Source: an uncultured Solirubrobacteraceae bacterium (GTDB lineage: Bacteria > Actinomycetota > Thermoleophilia > Solirubrobacterales > Solirubrobacteraceae). Taken from it: 64,000 bases of DNA. The position numbers were made by a program, and so were the translations under genes. Below the pieces are notes generated by a model. It was given only the letters and a program-made list of their open reading frames with translations, ran no database searches and was not told the DNA's origin. This document shows positions 7,869 through 18,191 of the stretch, piece by piece (position 1 is the first letter of the stretch; every line of letters starts with the position of its first letter). Location of the stretch: positions 102,681 through 166,680 of the forward strand of contig CAZPQW010000005.1 of the NCBI GenBank assembly GCA_964588985.1, in the 5' to 3' direction.

Positions 7869-9178
7869 GCGAGCGGGAGCTCGTATCGCTCGTCTGCTGC
7901 GACCTCGGCGCGATCGTGCGAGGACGCTCGCTGTTCTCGTCCGAGCTGACCGAGGCCGAAGCGTCGGGCATCGGCTGGGTGCCGGCGAACCACGCGCTCA
8001 CGCCGCTCGGCCCGGTGGCGGAGACCAACCCGTATGGGTCGACCGGGGATCTGCGCCTGCTGCCCGACCCCGCCACCCGGGTGCGTGTGGAGGAGGGCCC
8101 CGGCGGTGGCGCGCTGGAGCTACTGCTGTGCGACATCGTGGAGACCGACGGGCGTCCTTGGGAGTGCTGCCCGCGGCAGTTCCTACGCGAGGCGCTGCGC
8201 GAGCTGGAGAGCGAGATCGGCGGCCGGCTCGTGGCGAGCTTCGAGCACGAGTTTCAACTTCTAGAGGACTCGTCCGCTGCGCTCCCGTTCTCACTCGAGG
8301 CGCAGCGACGTGGCGAGCCGTTTGCCACGCGCGCGATGGGCGCGCTCACACAGGCGGGCGTGGAACCGGAGCGGATATTCCCCGAGTACGCGCCGCACCA
8401 GTTCGAGATTCCGGTGGCGCCGGCGGAGGGCGTCGCGAGCGCGGATCGTTCGGTGGTGCTGAGGGAGGTGGTGCGCGAGGTCGCGCGCCGTGAGGGGAAA
8501 CGCGCGAGCTTCGCGCCGCTGCTCGACGTGGCGCAGGCGGGCAACGGCGTGCACATCCACCTGAGCGTGATCGACCGCGATGGCGCGCCGTTGTTCTACG
8601 ACCCCGTGCGTCGCGCGCACCTGAGCGAGACGGGCGAGCGCTTCGCGGCGGGCATCCTCGCGCACGCGCACGCGTTGACCGCGCTCACGGCGCCGAGTCC
8701 GGTGTCCGCCACGCGCCTCCAGCCGCACCGCTGGAGCGCGGGCGCGATGTGCCTGGCGGTGCAGAACCGCGAAGCGCTGCTGCGAATCCCTCCGCTCGTG
8801 GAGCTGGCGGGCGCGGACCCCGCTCGCCAGCTGCGCCTGGAGTACCGCGGCGCGGACGCGGCGGCGAACCCCTACCTGGCGCTCGGCGCGCTCGTGCGTG
8901 CAGGGCTCGACGGGGTGCGCTCGCAGATGCCCGCGCCGCCGATCCTCGACTGCGACCCGGCGGAGCTGGAAGGACCCGAGGTGGAGCGCTTCGGTGTGGG
9001 CTCGCTGCCGGACTCGCTGGAGGAGTCGATGCGGGCGCTCACCGAGAACGCGACCGCGCGCTCGTGGATGGGGTCGCTGCTGTACGAGGCGTACGTGAGC
9101 GTCAAGCAGGCCGAGATCGAGGCGGCGCGCGATGTCGACCTGAAGGAGCTGTGCGCGCGCTATGCCGCGATCTACTGA
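7865..9178 (+). CDS. Glutamine synthetase-like gamma-glutamyl ligase
   Basis: SFEHEF, EYAPHQFEI, GNGVHIHLS, NREALLRIP, LEYRGADAAANPY. Confidence 0.9.
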   Translation: MSERELVSLVCCDLGAIVRGRSLFSSELTEAEASGIGWVPANHALTPLGPVAETNPYGSTGDLRLLPDPATRVRVEEGPGGGALELLLCDIVETDGRPWECCPRQFLREALRELESEIGGRLVASFEHEFQLLEDSSAALPFSLEAQRRGEPFATRAMGALTQAGVEPERIFPEYAPHQFEIPVAPAEGVASADRSVVLREVVREVARREGKRASFAPLLDVAQAGNGVHIHLSVIDRDGAPLFYDPVRRAHLSETGERFAAGILAHAHALTALTAPSPVSATRLQPHRWSAGAMCLAVQNREALLRIPPLVELAGADPARQLRLEYRGADAAANPYLALGALVRAGLDGVRSQMPAPPILDCDPAELEGPEVERFGVGSLPDSLEESMRALTENATARSWMGSLLYEAYVSVKQAEIEAARDVDLKELCARYAAIY

Positions 9179-10352
9179 CGTCGTGCTCGAGCGGCTGCTC
9201 GAGGGGATCGAGCGAGAGAGTCCGCGCGCCGTGGAGCTGCGCCACCGGCTGCACTCAGGGCCCGAGTTGGCGGGCGCCGAGAAGCGGACCGCGGCGATGG
9301 TCGCGGCGGAGCTGCCGGTGGCGAGCGAGACGGCGGCGGCAACAGGGCTGCTCGCCCGGGTGGGACCGGCCGATGGCACGCCGATCGCGGTGCGCGCGGA
9401 GCTGGACGGGCTGCCGGTGCGCGAGCGCACGGGCGCGGCGTTCAGCGCGAGCGGCGAGACGATGCACGCGTGCGGGCACGATGTGCACATGGCAGCGCTT
9501 GTGGCGCTCGCCCGCGCCGCATACTCAATTGAGGAGGATCTACCCGCCCCGCTGCTCGCGGTGTTCCAGCCGAGCGAGGAGGTGCACCCCTCCGGTGCGA
9601 AAGCGCTCGTCGAGGGCGCGCTCGCGGACGCGGCGCCGAAGGCGGTCCTCGCCGCGCACGTCCATCCGGAACTGCCGTGGGGCGAGGTGGCGCTCGACCC
9701 TGGGGCTGTGAACGCGTCGTTCGACGGGTTCGAGATCGTCGTCGAGGGCGAGCCCTCACACGGCGCCTACCCGCACCTGGGACGCGACCCGATCCTCGCG
9801 CTCGCGCAGGTGGTGGTCGCGCTGCACGCGCAGGTCGCGCGGCGGATGGACCCGATGCATCCGACGGTGCTGACGGTGGGCGTGGTGGAGGGCGGGAGCA
9901 CGGAGAACGTGATCCCCGAGCGCGCGAGCGCGCGGGGCGCGCTGCGGTCGCTGCGGGCGGAGGACCGCCTGGCGTTGCGTGAGCTGGTTGAGGAGGTCGT
10001 GACGGGTGTGACAGCCGCGCACGGCTGCCGCGGCGGCGTGTCGTTCGTGGCGGGGGAGCCGGTGTTGGAGAACGACCCGCGCATCGTGGCGGAGGCGTGC
10101 GGGCTGCTCGCCAGTGCCGGCCTTGCACCAGCCCCCGAGTGGCGCTCGTGCGGGTCGGACGACTTCGCCTTCTTCGGCGCGCTCGCGCCGGTGGCGATGG
10201 CCTTCGTGGGGCTCGACGGCGCGGCGGGCTTTCGGTCGCGGCCGCTTCACCACCCGGAGCTGCTCCCGCCCGACGAGGCGGTTGATGCGATCGCGCGCGT
10301 GCAGGCTGTGCTGTATGTGGCGGCGGCGCACTCCTTGCGGCAAGCCGACTGA
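9162..10352 (+). CDS. M20 family amidohydrolase
   Basis: RAELDGLP, MHACGHDVH, FQPSEE, SHGAYPH, GSDDF. Confidence 0.92.
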   Translation: MPRSTDVVLERLLEGIERESPRAVELRHRLHSGPELAGAEKRTAAMVAAELPVASETAAATGLLARVGPADGTPIAVRAELDGLPVRERTGAAFSASGETMHACGHDVHMAALVALARAAYSIEEDLPAPLLAVFQPSEEVHPSGAKALVEGALADAAPKAVLAAHVHPELPWGEVALDPGAVNASFDGFEIVVEGEPSHGAYPHLGRDPILALAQVVVALHAQVARRMDPMHPTVLTVGVVEGGSTENVIPERASARGALRSLRAEDRLALRELVEEVVTGVTAAHGCRGGVSFVAGEPVLENDPRIVAEACGLLASAGLAPAPEWRSCGSDDFAFFGALAPVAMAFVGLDGAAGFRSRPLHHPELLPPDEAVDAIARVQAVLYVAAAHSLRQAD

Positions 10353-10377
10353 GCGCACCGCTGGCTACGATGAGGCG

Positions 10378-10926
10378 GTGCCCGATCGCCTGTACTTCAC
10401 GGACTCCGACGAGGCCAACGCGCTGATTGCGAGCGACCCGATGGCGCTGCTGATCGGCTTTAGCCTCGATCAACAGGTTTCGGTGCAGAAGGCGTTCGCC
10501 GGCCCGCTGACGATCCGCGAGCGCCTCGGCTCGATCGACCCGAAGGACCTGGCGGCAGCCGACCTCGAGCCGGTGTTCCGCGAGAAACCGGCTGTCCACC
10601 GCTTCCCGGGGGCGATGGCCAAGCGCGTGCACGACCTGGCGGTGCATGTGGTGGAGCGGTACGACGGGGACGCGGCGCGTGTGTGGGGCGACGCGAAGAA
10701 CGCGAGCGCGCTGCGCGCCAACCTCGAGGCGCTGCCCGGGTTCGGCGAGATGAAGGTGAAGGCGCTCGGGTCGGTGCTCGCCAAGCGCTACAAACTGGCG
10801 AAGGCCAAGAGCCTCGTCCCACCGCACCCCACCCTCGGCGACGTGGACTCGCCGCAGGCGCTGCTCGACTACCAGGCCGAAAAGCGCGCCCACAAGGCGG
10901 AGTGGTCGAAGCTCAAAGCGCAGTAG
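10378..10926 (+). CDS. HhH-GPD-type base excision repair protein
   Basis: DPMALLIGFSLDQQV, HRFPGAMAKRV, LPGFGEMK. GTG start inferred. Confidence 0.82.
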   Translation: MPDRLYFTDSDEANALIASDPMALLIGFSLDQQVSVQKAFAGPLTIRERLGSIDPKDLAAADLEPVFREKPAVHRFPGAMAKRVHDLAVHVVERYDGDAARVWGDAKNASALRANLEALPGFGEMKVKALGSVLAKRYKLAKAKSLVPPHPTLGDVDSPQALLDYQAEKRAHKAEWSKLKAQ

Positions 10927-12098
10927 CCATCGCGGCTCCTGACGCACCCGTCGACGCCCCCACGGGCATCGGAGCGTCGACGGGCCTGTTCATCGCTGCG
11001 CTGTTCGCGTTCATCGCGACCGGCGCGGCGCTGCCGGTGCTGCCCACGTACGTGCACGGCCCGCTGCACTCGGGGGACATCGCGGTGGGGATCGTGGTGG
11101 GCTCGTTCGCCGTCACCTCGGTGGTGTGCCGGCCGATCGCGGGGCGCCAGGCGGACAGGCGCGGACGGCGCGCGGTGCTCGTCGCGGGCTCGCTCGCGCT
11201 CGCGCTCGGCGGGCTGCTGTACATCTTCTCCAGCAGCGTGATCACACTGGTGCTCGCGCGGCTGATGGTCGGCGCGGGCGAGGGATCGGTGTACACCGCG
11301 GGCGCCACCTGGGTGGTGGACCTCGCGCCCGTCAACCGCCGCGGGCTCGCGCTCGGCATGTTCGGCCTCGCGGTGTGGGGCGGGCTGTCGCTGGGGCCGG
11401 TCGCGGGCGAGCTGCTGCGATCGAGCTCCGGCTATGACGCGGTGTGGATCCTGACCGCCGCCCTGCCACTCGCCGGGGCGGCGATCGCGGTGCGCCTGCC
11501 CGAACCGTCGCGTCCGCCGCAGTCCGGGCGGCCGATACCGCTGCTGCACTTCCCGCGATCGGCCCGCCGCCCGGCGTTCGCGCTGGCGCTCGCCAACATC
11601 GGCTACGCGGCGCTCGCGGGGTTCATCGTGCTCGACCTGCGCAAGCAGGGGATCGGCGGCGGCGCGACGGTGTTCACCGCGTTCGCGGTGTCGGTGTTCG
11701 CGAGCCGGCTGATCTTCGGGCGCGTTCCGGACCGTTTCGGAGCGCGTGTCACAGCCACCGGCGCCGGGCTCGTCGAGGCGCTCGGGCTGATCGTGATCGC
11801 GCTCGCGCACTCGCTGCCCGTGGCGCTGCTCGGAGCGATAGTCGTCGGCGCGGGCTTCTCGATGATGTTCCCCTCGCTCGCGCTGATGGTGGTAGACGAC
11901 GTCCACGACGAGCACCGCGGCTCGGCGATGGGCACTTTCACCGCGTTCTTCGACATCGGCGTAGGCGCGGGAGGTCCGCTGTCGGGGGCGACCGCGTCGC
12001 TCGCCGGCTACCCCGCGGTGTTCGTGCTCGCATCCGTCGCAGCGCTCGGCACCGCCGGACTCGCCGCCATGACGCCGCGCCGCCCTCCCGAGCAGTAA
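10902..12098 (+). CDS. MFS transporter
   Basis: Multiple hydrophobic helices, motif [11 protein letters not shown] and [10 protein letters not shown]. Start uncertain (GTG 10902 or a non-canonical start near 10929). Confidence 0.85.
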   Translation: MVEAQSAVAIAAPDAPVDAPTGIGASTGLFIAALFAFIATGAALPVLPTYVHGPLHSGDIAVGIVVGSFAVTSVVCRPIAGRQADRRGRRAVLVAGSLALALGGLLYIFSSSVITLVLARLMVGAGEGSVYTAGATWVVDLAPVNRRGLALGMFGLAVWGGLSLGPVAGELLRSSSGYDAVWILTAALPLAGAAIAVRLPEPSRPPQSGRPIPLLHFPRSARRPAFALALANIGYAALAGFIVLDLRKQGIGGGATVFTAFAVSVFASRLIFGRVPDRFGARVTATGAGLVEALGLIVIALAHSLPVALLGAIVVGAGFSMMFPSLALMVVDDVHDEHRGSAMGTFTAFFDIGVGAGGPLSGATASLAGYPAVFVLASVAALGTAGLAAMTPRRPPEQ

Positions 12099-12132
12099 TT
12101 GCACATACAACTACCAGCGCTATGCTTCGCGC

Positions 12133-13182
12133 ATGGAACTGGGCCTCGCGACGTTCGCCGATCTCGCCAGCGGCGTGAGCCCGCGGCAGCGGATGCGCGA
12201 CCTGATGGAGGAGGTCGAGCTCGCCGACCAGCTCGGGCTCGACGTGTTCGCGATCGGCGAGCACCACCGCCCCGACTTCCTCGTCTCCTCTCCCGCTGTG
12301 GTGCTCGGCGCGGCCGCGGTGAAGACCGAGCGCATCCGCCTGTCGAGCGCCGTGACGGTGCTCAGCTCGGACGACCCGGTGCGCGTGTTCCAGGACTTCG
12401 CCGAGGTCGACCTGCTGTCGGGCGGGCGCGCGGAGATCATGGCGGGGCGCGGCTCGTTCACCGAGTCCTTCCCCCTGTTCGGCTACGACCTCGACGACTA
12501 CGACGACCTGTATGCGGAGAAGCTCGAGCTGCTGCTGGCGATCCGCGAGCAGACACACGTCACGTGGTCGGGACGCCTGCGCCCCGCGCTGGAGAACGCG
12601 GGCGTGTGGCCGCGGCCGGTGCAGGAGCCACTGCCGGTGTGGGTCGCGGTGGGCGGCTCGCCGCCGTCGGTGATCCGCGCCGGCTCGCTCGGCCTGCCGC
12701 TCACGATCGCGATCATCGGCGGGCAGCCGGCGCAGTTCGGTCCGCTCGTGGACCTCTACCGTGAGGCCGCGCGAGCGTCCGGCCACAACGCAAACCGGAC
12801 GCGCGTCGCGATAAACACCCACGCGTTCGTCGCCGACAGCAGCGCGCGGGCGGACAGCGCGTTCGCCTCCTCTTATCTATCGATGATGAATCGGATAGGC
12901 CGCGAGAGGGGTTGGCCGCCATCCGGCCGGCGGGAGTACGAAGCCCTGAGGTCTCCGACAGGGGCGCTCGCCGTCGGGTCGCCGGAGCAGGTGGCGGAGA
13001 AGATCCTCTACGAGCACGAGCTGTTCGGCCACGACCGCTACATCGCGCAGATGTCCGTCGGCGCGGTGGCGCACTCCGACGTGCTGCGCTCGATGGAGCT
13101 GTACGGCACGAAGGTCGCGCCGCTCGTGCGCGAGGAGATCGCCCGCCGCGGCGCCCATCCGGAAAAACCCGCGCTTACTTGA
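12133..13182 (+). CDS. LLM-class flavin-dependent oxidoreductase
   Basis: [41 protein letters not shown]. Confidence 0.92.
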   Translation: MELGLATFADLASGVSPRQRMRDLMEEVELADQLGLDVFAIGEHHRPDFLVSSPAVVLGAAAVKTERIRLSSAVTVLSSDDPVRVFQDFAEVDLLSGGRAEIMAGRGSFTESFPLFGYDLDDYDDLYAEKLELLLAIREQTHVTWSGRLRPALENAGVWPRPVQEPLPVWVAVGGSPPSVIRAGSLGLPLTIAIIGGQPAQFGPLVDLYREAARASGHNANRTRVAINTHAFVADSSARADSAFASSYLSMMNRIGRERGWPPSGRREYEALRSPTGALAVGSPEQVAEKILYEHELFGHDRYIAQMSVGAVAHSDVLRSMELYGTKVAPLVREEIARRGAHPEKPALT

Positions 13183-13196
13183 TAAGAAGAGAGGGC

Positions 13197-14417
13197 ATGG
13201 CACTGATCCGCGCTGCCAGCCCTCTCAGCCGCGAGCTCCGGCGAGTGCTGCCCGAGCGGCCGTTTCACGTGCGCTTCTGGGACGGCAGCGCGGTCGAGGC
13301 GACGGAGCCCGACGCCCCGACGTTCTTCGTCCGGCGGCCCTCCGCGCTCGCGCACTTCCTCCGCGCGCCCGGATCGCTGGGGCTCGGCCGCGCGTACGTG
13401 GAGGACTCGATCGCGGTGGACGACCTCGACGCGGCGTTCCTCGTGGTGGACGAGTGGGAGCCGCCCGCGATCGGCAACGGCGACCGGCTGCGCCTCGGCC
13501 TCGCGATCGCCGCCGCGGCAGCGCCCGGCGGCATCCCGCGCCGCCCGAGCCTCGAGCTGATCCTGCGCGGCGGGCTGCACTCGATCGAGCGCGACAGGGA
13601 GGCGGTGCGCTACCACTACGACGTAGGCAACGACTTCTTCGCGCTGTTCCTCGACGAGTCGATGACCTACAGCTGCGGCATCTTTTCGCGCGGCGCCACC
13701 ACGCTCCAGGAGGCCCAGCGGGCGAAACTGGAGCTGATCGCGGGCAAGCTGAAGCTCGAGCCGGGGATGCGCCTGCTCGACGTGGGCTGCGGCTGGGGGA
13801 GCTTCGCGATCCACGCCGCCCGCGAGCACGGCGTGATCGTGACCGGCGTCACCATCTCGCCCTCACAGGCCGAGCTCGCACGCGAGCGAGTCGAGGAGGC
13901 AGGGGTCGCCGACCGCGTGGACATCCGCCTGTCGGACTACCGCGAGCTGCCCGGCGGCTCGTTCGACGCGATCTCCTCGATCGGCATGACGGAGCACGTC
14001 GGCGACAGCCAGATCGACCTGTACGCGAAGTCGCTGTTCAAGCTCCTGACGCCCGGCGGCCTGCTGCTCAACCACGCGATCGCCGCCCTCGACCCCGACC
14101 ACAACCCGCTCGAGGATCTGTTCTCGATGCGCTACGTGTTCCCCGACGGCGAGCCACTGCCGCTGTCGCGGATCCAGCTCGCGATGGAACGCGCGGGCTT
14201 CCGCACCCAGCACGTGGAGGGCTTCAGGGAAGACTACGCAACCACCCTGCGCCACTGGAGCGAGCGGCTGGACGAGCACCTGCCCGAGGCCGAGCGGCTC
14301 GCCGGAGCTGAGCGCACGCGCATCTGGCGGCTATATCTTCGCGCCGCGCGGCACGGGTTCGAAACGGCGCACACTGGCGTGTATCAGGTGTGTGTGAGGC
14401 GGCCGACCGCCGGCTGA
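13197..14417 (+). CDS. Cyclopropane-fatty-acyl-phospholipid synthase family SAM methyltransferase
   Basis: YHYDVGNDFF..FLDESMTYSC, LLDVGCGWG, ISSIGMTEHVG. Confidence 0.92.
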   Translation: MALIRAASPLSRELRRVLPERPFHVRFWDGSAVEATEPDAPTFFVRRPSALAHFLRAPGSLGLGRAYVEDSIAVDDLDAAFLVVDEWEPPAIGNGDRLRLGLAIAAAAAPGGIPRRPSLELILRGGLHSIERDREAVRYHYDVGNDFFALFLDESMTYSCGIFSRGATTLQEAQRAKLELIAGKLKLEPGMRLLDVGCGWGSFAIHAAREHGVIVTGVTISPSQAELARERVEEAGVADRVDIRLSDYRELPGGSFDAISSIGMTEHVGDSQIDLYAKSLFKLLTPGGLLLNHAIAALDPDHNPLEDLFSMRYVFPDGEPLPLSRIQLAMERAGFRTQHVEGFREDYATTLRHWSERLDEHLPEAERLAGAERTRIWRLYLRAARHGFETAHTGVYQVCVRRPTAG

Positions 14418-14459
14418 GCCCCCCGCCCGAACTCGCGCGCCGAACGTCGCACGGCGCTC

Positions 14460-15320
14460 AGTGCAGCTTCTTCGTTCCCTTTCTTCGCGTTGTGCTTGGG
14501 GCATCCGAACGGCGATCTTCGTGGTCTGTTTGATCACCGCCCCGTTTTGCCCGGTCAGTTCCGTCGGCATCTTCAACGGGGTCGCGTAGATGCTTCCGTT
14601 GGCGGCCGGCACCGGGTGGGGCCTTGCGGGCAACACGAGGTCGAAACTCGTGATCGGAGCGTCGGTGACGCTTCTGAAAATGCTCGATGTGATCCCGTTC
14701 TTTATGTGCGTCTACCCGACGCGCATCAGCGTGATCCCTTCGCCTTGGAGGACGATCTCCAGGTCAGGGAATGCCGCCCCCGCGCTCGAGACGAAGTAGG
14801 CCGGTCCTCGCAGCACGCTCTTCAGCACAGGCGTGATGGCCGTGCCCGTGCCGACCACCGAGGCCGCAGGACACGATGCCGGGTTACTCGCGAACACAGC
14901 TGCAAGACATGCTTTCTGCAACGTCGCCAATCGAGACGGCAGCTGCAGAGGCAGATCCACCTTGACTTTGCCGATGTTCGCCTGACCCGCCCCCGAGGTC
15001 ACCTTGACGTGGAGCGACGCCCCACGCGCTTTGCTCGTCTTAGCCCTCGTCTCTTCCGAGAACGTCGGCTTGAACGGAAGGTGCGAGCAGTTGGCGACCG
15101 CGAACGGAGCCGAGGACGACCACGGGTGCGCCTTCACCGCTGGAAAGCGTGCCGGTGATCGCCAGCTCGTTGCAGCTCGTGGGGTTGAAGATGAAGTTCG
15201 GCCGGTTGATCTCGACGTCCACCGTCTGATCTGCAACGGAACGCCGTCCAAGATGCTCGGCAGCGGGTCGCTCGCCACCGTGATCTGCGCCGTTCTCGGA
15301 TCGACACGCACCTCCATTCC
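14460..15320 (-). pseudogene. Degraded C-terminal fragment of a large secreted/surface protein
   Basis: One coherent sequence (SDPLPSILDGVPL / INRPNFIFNPTSC / FKPTF...LPSRLATLQKAC...FPDLEIVLQGEGIT / DAPITSFDL...TGQNGAVIKQTTKIAV) is split across frames, with an in-frame TAG at 14712 and no 5' part. Confidence 0.7.
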
Positions 15321-15357
15321 GGACCGGATCCGCCCGCGGGCCCGAAGGACTCGTTGG

Positions 15358-16548
15358 TCACTCCTCGTCAAACGTCCCCAGCGGATGGTTCTCGCTCACG
15401 AACTCAGCGAACAGCGGCACGGTGAAGTCAAGCTGGCCTCGACGCGGCGCCCAGATCAAACCCTTGTTGATGAGGGCGTCCCGGTGGATCGAGACCCCGC
15501 GCTGGTCCTTCGCTCCGTAGGCGTGGGCGATGTCTGCCGAGCGATACGGCGGACCCTCGACGGACGCCATCGCGGCGAGGTAGCGCTGCTCGGCGTCGGT
15601 TGCCAGCTGGAAGCGAGTGCCGAAGAAGTTGCGGGCCAGCGATTCCGAGACGATCTCGCGGACGGTGTCGACGTCGGCGGTGGTGATCGGAGAGGTCTCA
15701 GCATGGTTCCACAGCTCGAGGCCGTATTCCTGGATGAAGTACGGATAGCCGGCGGCTTCCTCCACGACCTGCAGAGCGGCGGGCTCCTCGTAGCTGACGC
15801 CGCGCGTGGCCGCCGGCGCGATCAGGGCGGAGCGGGCGGCGGGAGGGCTGAGACGACCGAGCTCGTGGTACTGGAATAGGCGATCGGCGTAGGGCTTGGC
15901 GGACATCAACCGAGTCTGCAGGTCCGGCAGGCCCGCAGCGACCATCGCCACGGGGAGCGAATTGCGGCTGACGGCCTGAAATGCGATGCACAGCGCGGCG
16001 AGTGAGGCGGAGTCGAGATTGTGCATCTCGTCAATCAGGAAGAGAGCGCCGGCGCCTGTCGTCTGGGCGACCTCACCGATCTCCTTGATCAGATCCGTGA
16101 GGTCCTGCTCCGGATCGCCCGAGTCGGCGATCCCGGTTGCGGCCTGGACGTCGAGCTTGAGCTGCACGCCCGCTGGCGCCACGATGCTGAACGCCTTGAC
16201 CACACCCAGTGCGCGATCTACACGGCTCTTGATCCGATGCTTGCGGCTCATCTCGCGCAGCAGGCGTGCGGCCATCCGCGCGAACGTGACACGGAAGTCG
16301 GGTTGGGATCCGACCTCTTGGACATCGGTAGTCGCCCACCCAGCCTCTGTTGCGAGCACATCCAGCTCCATCAGCAGCACCGTCTTGCCCACTCCACGCA
16401 GGCCCGAGTAGATCAGGCTACGCTCGTAGCGTTTGTCGGCGAGACGTTCGAGCAGAGATTGGAAGTTCTCCAGCTCGTCGCCGCGACCGCTGAGAGTCGG
16501 CGGCTTGCGCCCGGCTCCGGGGGTATAGGGGTTCTCGCGCTTCTGCAT
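15358..16548 (-). CDS. AAA-type ATP-binding protein with probable C-terminal winged helix
   Basis: NPYTPGAG..P..LSGR, Walker A GLRGVGKT, Walker B FLIDEMH, GYPYFIQEYG, C-terminal RDALINKGLIWAPRRG. Confidence 0.85.
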   Translation of the reverse strand: MQKRENPYTPGAGRKPPTLSGRGDELENFQSLLERLADKRYERSLIYSGLRGVGKTVLLMELDVLATEAGWATTDVQEVGSQPDFRVTFARMAARLLREMSRKHRIKSRVDRALGVVKAFSIVAPAGVQLKLDVQAATGIADSGDPEQDLTDLIKEIGEVAQTTGAGALFLIDEMHNLDSASLAALCIAFQAVSRNSLPVAMVAAGLPDLQTRLMSAKPYADRLFQYHELGRLSPPAARSALIAPAATRGVSYEEPAALQVVEEAAGYPYFIQEYGLELWNHAETSPITTADVDTVREIVSESLARNFFGTRFQLATDAEQRYLAAMASVEGPPYRSADIAHAYGAKDQRGVSIHRDALINKGLIWAPRRGQLDFTVPLFAEFVSENHPLGTFDEE

Positions 16549-16566
16549 TGGAGGCCACTTTCTGCA

Positions 16567-16672
16567 GCTTTCTATGGACCGATGATTACTCGCTAGAAAG
16601 CTATAGGGATTCGTCTGGCCGCTCAAGTCATGCAGCTGCCGAGGCTAGCCCCTATCAGGCTTTCTATGGACC
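16567..16672. repeat. 14-bp direct repeat pair with a partial inverted copy, upstream of the ATPase gene
   Basis: GCTTTCTATGGACC at 16567-16580 and 16659-16672. TAGAAAGC (inverted copy of the first 8 nt) at 16594-16601. Confidence 0.7.
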
Positions 16673-17059
16673 CTTCTTTACTTTAGAGAAAGACATAGAC
16701 TGCCCCCTGCTTCCCCGCATGCGCGCCGTGGCGGCGCACTGATCGTCGCTCGCGACCCGGTGCATTCGCACTGGTTCTCCACCGGCGGCGTCCTCGCGTA
16801 GGCTCCGCCCCAGCCCATGATTCGGCTCTAGGTCAACGGGAGCGCTCTCGAAGGACAAGCGCCCAAGCCAGACAGCCACGCTTGCAGCCAACAAGAGTAG
16901 TGTCGTCTCGGGGGTTGCCGGCGACTTGAACGCAAGCGCTACCACGGGCGGCAGTACACAGAATCCGACGCGCCCCGGTAGAAGTCGCCGATCTTCAACT
17001 CGATCGAGCAACTCCGTCTTGCGTGTCACTATCTTCGCTAGAAGAGTCGACACCCACAT
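16664..17059 (-). CDS. Hypothetical small membrane protein
   Basis: RBS GGAGG before ATG 17059 and two hydrophobic stretches. No recognisable family. Confidence 0.35.
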   Translation of the reverse strand: MWVSTLLAKIVTRKTELLDRVEDRRLLPGRVGFCVLPPVVALAFKSPATPETTLLLLAASVAVWLGRLSFESAPVDLEPNHGLGRSLREDAAGGEPVRMHRVASDDQCAATARMRGSRGQSMSFSKVKKGP

Positions 17060-17361
17060 GGCCAGCCCCCTCCAACAGATAAGCCTTCTGTAGATTTGTG
17101 GAAAAGAGAACGCTTCGACATACACGACCACCCTACTCAGCGCACCGATCATGGCGCACGCGAACCCCGCCTGCCGGCGAGTCGGAAGCGCACAGTGCGA
17201 TGCACGCCCCTCAACCCGTTGATCAGCAAGCTTAGGTGATTGTCGTAGCAGCATATTGCACTCAGATGAGTTTTGGTCGGACGACTTCTCGCGCAACCAG
17301 TTCTTGGTTTGCTTCAGGTTAGTTAATTAGGCCACTAACTAGCCACGGGCGGCCCTGCTAT

Positions 17362-17566
17362 CTAGTTAAGTGAAGCTAACTAACTAGTCATGCTTGTTTT
17401 AGTGTTAACCGGTTGTACTATTACTAGTTAAGTGAAGCTAACTAACTAGTCTTAGTCTTGCTTGTTTTGGTGTTAACCGGTTGTACTATTACTAGTTAAG
17501 TGAAGCTAACTAACTAGTCTTAGTCTTGCTTGTTTTGGTGTTAACCGGTTGTACTATTACTAGTTA
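17362..17566. repeat. AT-rich tandem repeat, 3 copies (62, 68, 68 bp) plus a partial fourth, internally palindromic
   Basis: Unit CTAGTTAAGTGAAGCTAACTAACTAGTCTTAGTCTTGCTTGTTTTGGTGTTAACCGGTTGTACTATTA starts at 17362 (shorter variant), 17424, 17492 and 17560 (partial). 24/68 GC. Confidence 0.95.
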
Positions 17567-18191
17567 GATACCAACTAGTCTCATTAAGACTCTTGTTGGC
17601 TTACAGTTAGACTCAAGATACTCTCGCAAACAACCGCGGGGGCCTCAGCGAGGGACGCTAAAGCTATTCCGCGACTTCCGTCAGCGTCGTCATCGCTAAG
17701 TGCGCCTTTTGATGCAATAGTGCCCCATGATTTCTACTATACGTATGCTACCCGCTCCGCGCAAGTCGAGTTTCTGACTTTCAAGGCCCGTCGCTAACGC
17801 AACCCCGGCCCCTACGCCTCAGCACTGGCCGTGCGTCCACTTTCGAAGCGGTGCCATGTCTCGTCCCGCCTCGGATCACCCCGCACGTTTCCGAGCGTGG
17901 CATGAACCCCCGCAAAGTCGATCTTGAGCTAATCCGCGCAAGAGGCGCGGTCATCAGCGGAGGAGCTGCTGCCAGCAGTTACGCACCGAGCAGCCGCGGT
18001 GGTATCTGGACTTGTTCTGCCTGGCGCGGTAGGGTCGAGTGCGACTGGGCCTCTTGAGTGCCGAGACTACTCGGCCCTATGTCCGCCGCGCTGCACATAC
18101 CCGGATAAGCGATGGGAAGGAACTTCGGATGCCCTTCACGCTCGAGCTGCACCCCCATGGGCCATCGCGCGCACCAGCTCCTCTCGCCTCG

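Noticed and set aside
17362-17566. AT-rich array as a CRISPR array or type III TA antitoxin
   Set aside because: The units are contiguous with no unique spacers, and there is no cas gene or recognisable ToxN/CptN/TenpN toxin adjacent.
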